A stretch of DNA of 64,000 bases from an uncultured Holophaga sp. (GTDB taxonomy: Bacteria; Acidobacteriota; Holophagae; Holophagales; Holophagaceae). The stretch is taken from positions 352,001 through 416,000 of the forward strand of contig OY761614.1 of the NCBI GenBank assembly GCA_963664825.1, given 5' to 3'. The position numbers and the translations under genes were made by a program. Shown here piece after piece: positions 58,360 through 64,000 of the stretch. Every line of letters begins with the position of its first letter. Position 1 is the first letter of the stretch. The notes below the pieces were generated by a model. It was not told the DNA's origin and made no database searches. It saw only the letters and a list, made by a program, of their open reading frames with translations.

Positions 58360-60879
58360 TCAGGGCCTCGCCGAAGGGGCGTTCTTCACGTAGGCGTCGA
58401 ACCAGCGCAGCATCTCGAAGACCAGCTGCTCGTTGGATTCCCGGGCCGTGTACCAGTGCGGCTCGTGGGGCAACATCACTAGGCGGGTGGTGCCGCCGTT
58501 GCCCCGGATGGCCTCGTACAGCTTGGTGGCCTGAAGAGGCGTGGTGCCGGGATTGGCGTCATCGGCGCCGTGGACGATCAAGAGGGGCGTCTTCAGTTTG
58601 TCGGCCGCAAAGAATGTGGACACCTTCCGGTAGACCTCGGGCGCTTCCCACACCGAACGGCGTTCACTCTGGAAGCCGAAGGGGGTGAGCGTCTTGTTGT
58701 AGGATCCGCTGGTGGCGGCCCCCGCTCGGAAGAGGTCGGAATGGGCCAGTAGATTGGCCGTCATCAGCGCGCCGTGGCTGTGGCCGGTGACGCCGATGCG
58801 CTCGGGGTCGGCCACGCCCAGCTCCACGGCCTTGTCCACGGCGGCCTTGGCGTCAGCCACCAGCTGTTCCAGGTAGGTGTCGTAGGCCTTCTTGGGATCG
58901 CCCACCACGGGAAAGGAGGCATTATCGATGAGGGCGTAGCCGGCCATGAGCAGCAGCCGGTATTCGTGCAGGCTCGTGAAGGTGTACTGGGAGCCCGAGA
59001 CCTGGCCGGCCTTGGAGGGATCGGCATAATCCAGCGGATAGGCGTAGAGGATCGTCGGGACCCGGGTGCCTTCCTTGTATCCCGGAGGCGTGTAGAGGGT
59101 GAAGGAGAGGTCCACCCCATCGGCGCGCTTGTACTTCACCAGGCGCTTCTGGATCTGGCGCACCGCTGGCGTCGGATCGGGGATGCGAGTCAGGGCTGTG
59201 CGCTGGGAGGCGAAGGTGGCCTCACCTAGGGAAGCCTTGAGAGCGGCCCCCTGGGTGCGGATGAAGGCATTGGGCGGATCCACCGGCGACTGGTGCCAGG
59301 TGAGGAACCGCTTGGAACCGGGCCCTGTGAAGGCGAGGAAGCGCTCGTATTCGGCCGTACCGCTGCGGAACAACCGCTCGGTCTTCAGGGTGCGCAGATC
59401 CAGCCGGTCCAGGAAGGGCCGGTTCCCCACGGGAGAGGCCCCATTGCCGGAGAGGAAGATGGAATCACCCTCCTGGCGCAGCACGGCCGTCCCGTTCGGC
59501 ATTCGGCGCCAGACCGGGCTGCCCGGATTGGCGTACTGCTCGTCGGTCGAAAGATCCCATAGCAGCCGGGGAGCCTGCTTCGCATCGTCGAAATTGACGA
59601 TGAAGGTGCGCCGCCAGTGGCGGTTGTTGTCGTAATCGTAGAGCAAGGCCAGGCTGGGTTTCTCGCTCCAGGCCAGGCCCGAGTAGCGCTGTTCGGTGCG
59701 GAACACCTCCGCCGGGGCCGCAGTGAAGGGGGCCTTCTGGACCATGATTTTGTCCCGCTGGGGCACCTTCACGTTCCAATCGCCCCCATCGAGGGCCTCG
59801 GCCCACAGGAGGGTGGCTGGGTCCGTGGCGCGCCAGGAGAAGTCGCGGGGTCCCAGGGGTTCTCCGTTGATCGGCACCCGATCGGCCAGGGGCAGGGAGG
59901 CGATGCCATGCCGCATCACGCTGGATCTCGAGGCGATATCCCACACCTCCACCTGCCGGGGGAAGCGCTCATAGGTCGTGAGGTAGGAATAGGGCTTGTG
60001 GAGGGTGGAGACCAGGATATGGCGCCCGTCCGGGGCCGGATCGAGCTGCAGGTAGCGGTCCGGCTGGCCGAGGGGCGTGATGGCGCCGCTTCCAGCATCG
60101 ACCAGACCGATCTGGGAGGTGCCGTAGTAATCGAAGAGGTCCTCGTCATGGGCATTGCCCAGGGTGTCCCGGGTCTCGTAGGTGCTGCTCTGGCCTTTGC
60201 CGCCCAGGGACTCCTGGATGCTGGGCCCGACGGGAGATTCGGAAGCCACCGGCGGAGGGGCCATCCGCTCCGGCACCAGCTTGACCAGCAGCGTCTTCTG
60301 GTCGGGCATCCACTGCACCGTGTCCTCGAGCATCGGGTTCAACCGGGCCCCCGGAATGCGGCGCAGGGCGCCGGTCTCGGCATCGCCCACCCAGAGTTCC
60401 ACGGAATCGGAGGCCACGTTCTCGAAGGCGAAGCGCCGCCCATCGGCGCTCCAGAGCGGCGCCCCCGGATCGCCGCCCTGGGGCAGCTTGACGTGGATCA
60501 CGGCCCCATCGGCCACGCGCACCAAATCGTACGTGCGGGCGGCGGGATTGATGCCGTATCCACCGGGCGTATCGTGCTTGCTGTGGTTCTTGGGCTCGAT
60601 GCGCACGCCCGCCAGGCGCAGGAAGGGCGTGGCCACGCGTCCGATGGAGGGGTAGCTCTCCCAGGACACCAGCAGGATGCGGTCATGGGTGGGATTCACA
60701 TAGGGCACCGGCGAGGACGGCGCGCGCATGACGTCCAGGATGGCCTGGGGGGGCTGACTGTAGCCCGAGGCCTTCCCGGCCACCTGGGCGAAGGCCCGAG
60801 GCGACAGGGTGCCTGCGGCCAGGAGGGAGGCGCCGCAAAACGCCGCTTTGCGGATTATTTCGGTTGACCAGAGCGACAT
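58360..60879 (-). CDS. S9 prolyl-oligopeptidase-family peptidase, exported
   Basis: LRLAG.RI, WAEALDGGD, GHSHGA nucleophile motif, YNKTLTPFGFQSE.R, HGADD.NPGT, LPHEPH.Y. Confidence 0.92.
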   Translation of the reverse strand: MSLWSTEIIRKAAFCGASLLAAGTLSPRAFAQVAGKASGYSQPPQAILDVMRAPSSPVPYVNPTHDRILLVSWESYPSIGRVATPFLRLAGVRIEPKNHSKHDTPGGYGINPAARTYDLVRVADGAVIHVKLPQGGDPGAPLWSADGRRFAFENVASDSVELWVGDAETGALRRIPGARLNPMLEDTVQWMPDQKTLLVKLVPERMAPPPVASESPVGPSIQESLGGKGQSSTYETRDTLGNAHDEDLFDYYGTSQIGLVDAGSGAITPLGQPDRYLQLDPAPDGRHILVSTLHKPYSYLTTYERFPRQVEVWDIASRSSVMRHGIASLPLADRVPINGEPLGPRDFSWRATDPATLLWAEALDGGDWNVKVPQRDKIMVQKAPFTAAPAEVFRTEQRYSGLAWSEKPSLALLYDYDNNRHWRRTFIVNFDDAKQAPRLLWDLSTDEQYANPGSPVWRRMPNGTAVLRQEGDSIFLSGNGASPVGNRPFLDRLDLRTLKTERLFRSGTAEYERFLAFTGPGSKRFLTWHQSPVDPPNAFIRTQGAALKASLGEATFASQRTALTRIPDPTPAVRQIQKRLVKYKRADGVDLSFTLYTPPGYKEGTRVPTILYAYPLDYADPSKAGQVSGSQYTFTSLHEYRLLLMAGYALIDNASFPVVGDPKKAYDTYLEQLVADAKAAVDKAVELGVADPERIGVTGHSHGALMTANLLAHSDLFRAGAATSGSYNKTLTPFGFQSERRSVWEAPEVYRKVSTFFAADKLKTPLLIVHGADDANPGTTPLQATKLYEAIRGNGGTTRLVMLPHEPHWYTARESNEQLVFEMLRWFDAYVKNAPSARP

Positions 60880-61015
60880 GGGGACCTCGGGGCTTGGGGT
60901 TTACGTATTGCATGTTCCATCAGAGTCTCCCAGCAACCGGGGCGTCCGGAGGATGGGAGTGCTGGATCAGGTTAGACTATGAGACCATCGCGTCACGATG
61001 CCTAGGGGTGCCTTC

Positions 61016-63448
61016 ATGATCCGCACACGCAACCTCCTCGTGGCCGGGACCGCCCTTCTGGCGGCCGCGTCCATGCTGCGGGCCCAGAAGGCCCTCGATT
61101 ACCAGAAGCCGCCCCGAGCCATCCTCGACGTGTTCGACGTGGAGAATCCGCCCCAGCCCCTGGTGGATGCGGAAGCCCGCACGCTTGCGCTCCTCAAGCG
61201 TCCGGCCTACTTGAGGCTGGCCGATCTGGCCCAGCCCGAATTGCGCTTGGCCGGGCTGCGCATCAATCCCCGAACCCACAACGCCTCCCGCACGCGGCCC
61301 TACGCGGGTTTCACGCTGCAGGAGCTGGCCACCGGGAAGCAGATCCCCCTCAAGGGCATGCCCGAGACCCTCAGCCTGGAATATCCCTCCTTCTCGCCCA
61401 CGGGCGAGCACGTGGCCTTCGTGGAGGTGCAAGCACAGGGCATGGCCCTCTGGGTGGTGGAGGTGGCCTCCGGACAGGCCCGGTGCATCAGCCAGCCCAT
61501 CCTCAGCGCCACCCTGGGCCACCCCTACGTCTGGGCCCCCGATGGCCGAAGCCTCTACACACGGGTTCGGCCCCAGCTTTCGGCCTACCCGGAGACACAG
61601 GCCCTCCCCCAGGGCCCCGCCGTGCAGGACGCCCTCGGCGTCAAGGCTCCGGCCCGCACCTACCAGGACCTGCTGCGCAGCCCTGAGGACGAGGCCAAAT
61701 TCCGGTTCTACGCCACGGTGGCCATCCAGCGGGTGGATCTGGCAGGCAGGACCACGCCCTTCCTTCCCCCGGCCCTCTACCGCGGCATCCACCCCTCTCC
61801 CAACGGGGCCTACCTGCTGCTGAGGGAAATCCGGACGCCCTTCTCCTACCAGTTCCCCCTGGAGCGCTTCCCTGCCTGCGTGCGCGTGGTGGATGCCCAG
61901 GGCCAGAGCGTGGCGACGCTCGCTGAAAAGCCGCTCCAGGACAGGATCCCCGTGGACTTCGATGCCTGCGAGGCGGGCCGTCGGGACTTCGAATGGCGGG
62001 AGGACCAGGGCGCCACACTGGCCTGGGCCGAGGCCCTGGATGGCGGCGACCCCTCCAAGGCCGTTCCCGCCCGGGATGCCCTCTTCCAACTGGAGGCCCC
62101 CTTCCAGGCCGAACCCCGGAAGCTCTGCACGACCACCTACCGCTTCAGGGGCCTGACCTGGGGCGATGCCCATCTGGCCCTGGTCCGGGATTCCTGGTGG
62201 AAGACCCGGCGCACCCGCACCACCCGCATCGATCCAGGGATCCCAGAGGCCGCCTCCAAGCTGCTCTTCGATCATTCCAGCGAGGACGCCTACGGGGATC
62301 CCGGCACCTTCGTCACCATGCACAACGCCTTCCATCGCCCCGTGCTGCGCTTCAGCGCCGATCACAGGCGGCTCTTCCTGGAGGGTGAAGGCTGCGGCCC
62401 GAAGGGCAACCGCCCCTTCCTGGACGCCTTCGAAGTGGCCACCGCCCAGGTCCATCGCCTTTGGCAGGCCGATGGCCAGCGCACCTTCGAGAGCATCGTG
62501 AGGGTCCTCGATCCCGAGAAGGGCCGCCTGCTCACGAGAATCGAGGGACCGCAGACCTTCCCCAATCTCCACCTGCGCACCTTCGGCAGGAAGGCTGGAC
62601 TCCAGGCCCTCACCCATATCGAGAACCCCTTCAAGGCCCTGGAGGGCGTCCACCAGGAGACGATCCATTACACGCGCCAGGATGGCGTTGCCCTGAGCGC
62701 CAAGCTCTTCCTTCCGCCCGGGTACGACGCGGCTCGGGACGGGCGCCTGCCGGTGCTCCTCCATGCCTACCCCCGGGAATTCAAGGACAGCCAGACCGCG
62801 GGCCAGGTGAAGGAGAGCCCCCATGCCTTCGTGCGGCCCTCCTGGACATCCCCTGTCTTCTGGGCGCTCCGGGGCTACGCCATCCTGGATAACGTGACCT
62901 TTCCCATCGTGGGCCAGGGCAACGCCGAACCCAACGACACCTACCTCGAACAGCTGGTGGCCAACGCCCGGGCCGCCATCCAGGAAGTCGACCGCCGGGG
63001 CGTGGGCGATCCCAGGCGCATGGCCTGCGTGGGTCATTCCTACGGCGCCTTCATGGTGGCCAACCTGCTGGCCCATTCCGATCTCTTCGCCGCCGGCATC
63101 GCCCGCAGCGGCGCCTACAACCGCACGCTGACCCCTTTCGGCTTCCAGTCCGAAGAGCGCACCTACTGGCAGGCGCCCGAGGTCTACCACCGCATGTCGC
63201 CCTTCGACGCAGCCGATAAGATCAAGGCGCCCCTGCTCATGATTCACGGCGACGCCGACAACAACCCCGGCACCTTTACGCTGCAGAGCGAACGGCTCTT
63301 CCAGGCCGTGAAGGGCCTGGGCGGCACGGCGCGCCTCGTGCTCCTGCCCCTGGAGAGCCACAGCTACGCGGCCAAGGAGAACCTCCTGCACATGCTCTGG
63401 GAGCAGGACACCTGGCTGGAGAGATACGTGAAGGGCGCCGCCAAGTAA
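61016..63448 (+). CDS. S9-family peptidase, paralog of the divergent neighbour
   Basis: LRLAGLRINP, WAEALDGGD, GHSYGAFM, YNRTLTPFGFQSE.R, HGDADNNPGT, LPLESH.Y. Confidence 0.92.
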   Translation: MIRTRNLLVAGTALLAAASMLRAQKALDYQKPPRAILDVFDVENPPQPLVDAEARTLALLKRPAYLRLADLAQPELRLAGLRINPRTHNASRTRPYAGFTLQELATGKQIPLKGMPETLSLEYPSFSPTGEHVAFVEVQAQGMALWVVEVASGQARCISQPILSATLGHPYVWAPDGRSLYTRVRPQLSAYPETQALPQGPAVQDALGVKAPARTYQDLLRSPEDEAKFRFYATVAIQRVDLAGRTTPFLPPALYRGIHPSPNGAYLLLREIRTPFSYQFPLERFPACVRVVDAQGQSVATLAEKPLQDRIPVDFDACEAGRRDFEWREDQGATLAWAEALDGGDPSKAVPARDALFQLEAPFQAEPRKLCTTTYRFRGLTWGDAHLALVRDSWWKTRRTRTTRIDPGIPEAASKLLFDHSSEDAYGDPGTFVTMHNAFHRPVLRFSADHRRLFLEGEGCGPKGNRPFLDAFEVATAQVHRLWQADGQRTFESIVRVLDPEKGRLLTRIEGPQTFPNLHLRTFGRKAGLQALTHIENPFKALEGVHQETIHYTRQDGVALSAKLFLPPGYDAARDGRLPVLLHAYPREFKDSQTAGQVKESPHAFVRPSWTSPVFWALRGYAILDNVTFPIVGQGNAEPNDTYLEQLVANARAAIQEVDRRGVGDPRRMACVGHSYGAFMVANLLAHSDLFAAGIARSGAYNRTLTPFGFQSEERTYWQAPEVYHRMSPFDAADKIKAPLLMIHGDADNNPGTFTLQSERLFQAVKGLGGTARLVLLPLESHSYAAKENLLHMLWEQDTWLERYVKGAAK

Positions 63449-63464
63449 AAGGCTTCACGCAGAA

Positions 63465-63489
63465 GAGGCGCGCCCAGCGGGCGCGCCTC
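63465..63489. terminator. Hairpin between convergent genes
   Basis: GAGGCGCGCCC-AGC-GGGCGCGCCTC. Confidence 0.65.
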
Positions 63490-63496
63490 GCCATAT

Positions 63497-64000
63497 TCAG
63501 AAGAACAGGAAGAACCCGTTGGCGAAAAAGACCAGGCCCACCGCGCCCACGGCCAGTCCCAGCCACCACACGGGCTGCTTTTTCAGGAGTGCCGAGATGG
63601 AGGAGAGGAGGATGGAGATCTGGAGGAAGATCACGGCATAGCCGAAGGGGGCGCCGTGCCTCTGGGCTTCCTTCCGCTGGGCCTCGAAGGCCTTGGCCTC
63701 CTTCATGATGCCGGCCTTTTCGCCCTCGTATTTCTCGACCTTCTTGCCGTATTCGCCGATCTTCTTCTCGTACTCGGCGACGGCCTCCTTCGGCGCCTTG
63801 GCACCGAGGAGCTTCAGCTCCAACTCCAGCTTGTCCTTGGCCATCTCGTACTGGTAGCCCTTGATGCTCTTGGCCTGATAGAAAGCGAACTGGTCCGAGG
63901 CCTGACTCTGGCTCAGGATCGATTTGGTGGAATAGCCGCCCCCCTTGAAGGTGGCCATGGTGGCGCACACCGCGAATATCACCGTGGCCAGGGCCAGCCA
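63497..64000 (-). CDS. DUF4337-domain membrane protein (5' end outside the window)
   Basis: IFAV.A, ASDQ.A.YQAKSIK, coiled coil, LQISI.LSSI..L. Confidence 0.8.
   Translation of the reverse strand, partial: WLALATVIFAVCATMATFKGGGYSTKSILSQSQASDQFAFYQAKSIKGYQYEMAKDKLELELKLLGAKAPKEAVAEYEKKIGEYGKKVEKYEGEKAGIMKEAKAFEAQRKEAQRHGAPFGYAVIFLQISILLSSISALLKKQPVWWLGLAVGAVGLVFFANGFFLFF

Overview
High-GC bacterial chromosomal window. Gene content and style suggest Holophagaceae (Acidobacteriota), but this is an unverified inference. It holds about 50 CDS: housekeeping genes (rarA, recG, dnaB, murC, ubiX, pta, buk, cysE, a cysteine desulfurase), a scattered L-Ara4N-type set (two ArnT-family transferases, an ArnE/F-like flippase, a stand-alone ArnA dehydrogenase), signalling genes, a double MacAB/Ykn-type exporter cluster with no ATPase, secreted hydrolases, two large lipoproteins, and a class III ribonucleotide reductase (nrdDG) under tandem NrdR boxes and a cobalamin riboswitch. 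I saw no rRNA, tRNA, CRISPR array, integrase, transposase or reverse transcriptase. The main unexplained signal is a recurring scar type: diverged, mostly synonymous duplicates of gene termini that bracket inserted DNA (rarA 5' end, a permease 3' end, and 444 bp of an EamA 3' end around nrdDG-marC). Also notable: a dispersed family of 10-nt-period palindromic intergenic elements, a frameshift apparently repaired by a 22-bp duplication in an Ig-repeat lipoprotein, a PHP-like lipoprotein lacking its metal ligands, and a sigma54-driven secreted pentapeptide-repeat protein. All calls come from reading motifs by eye; no searches were run.
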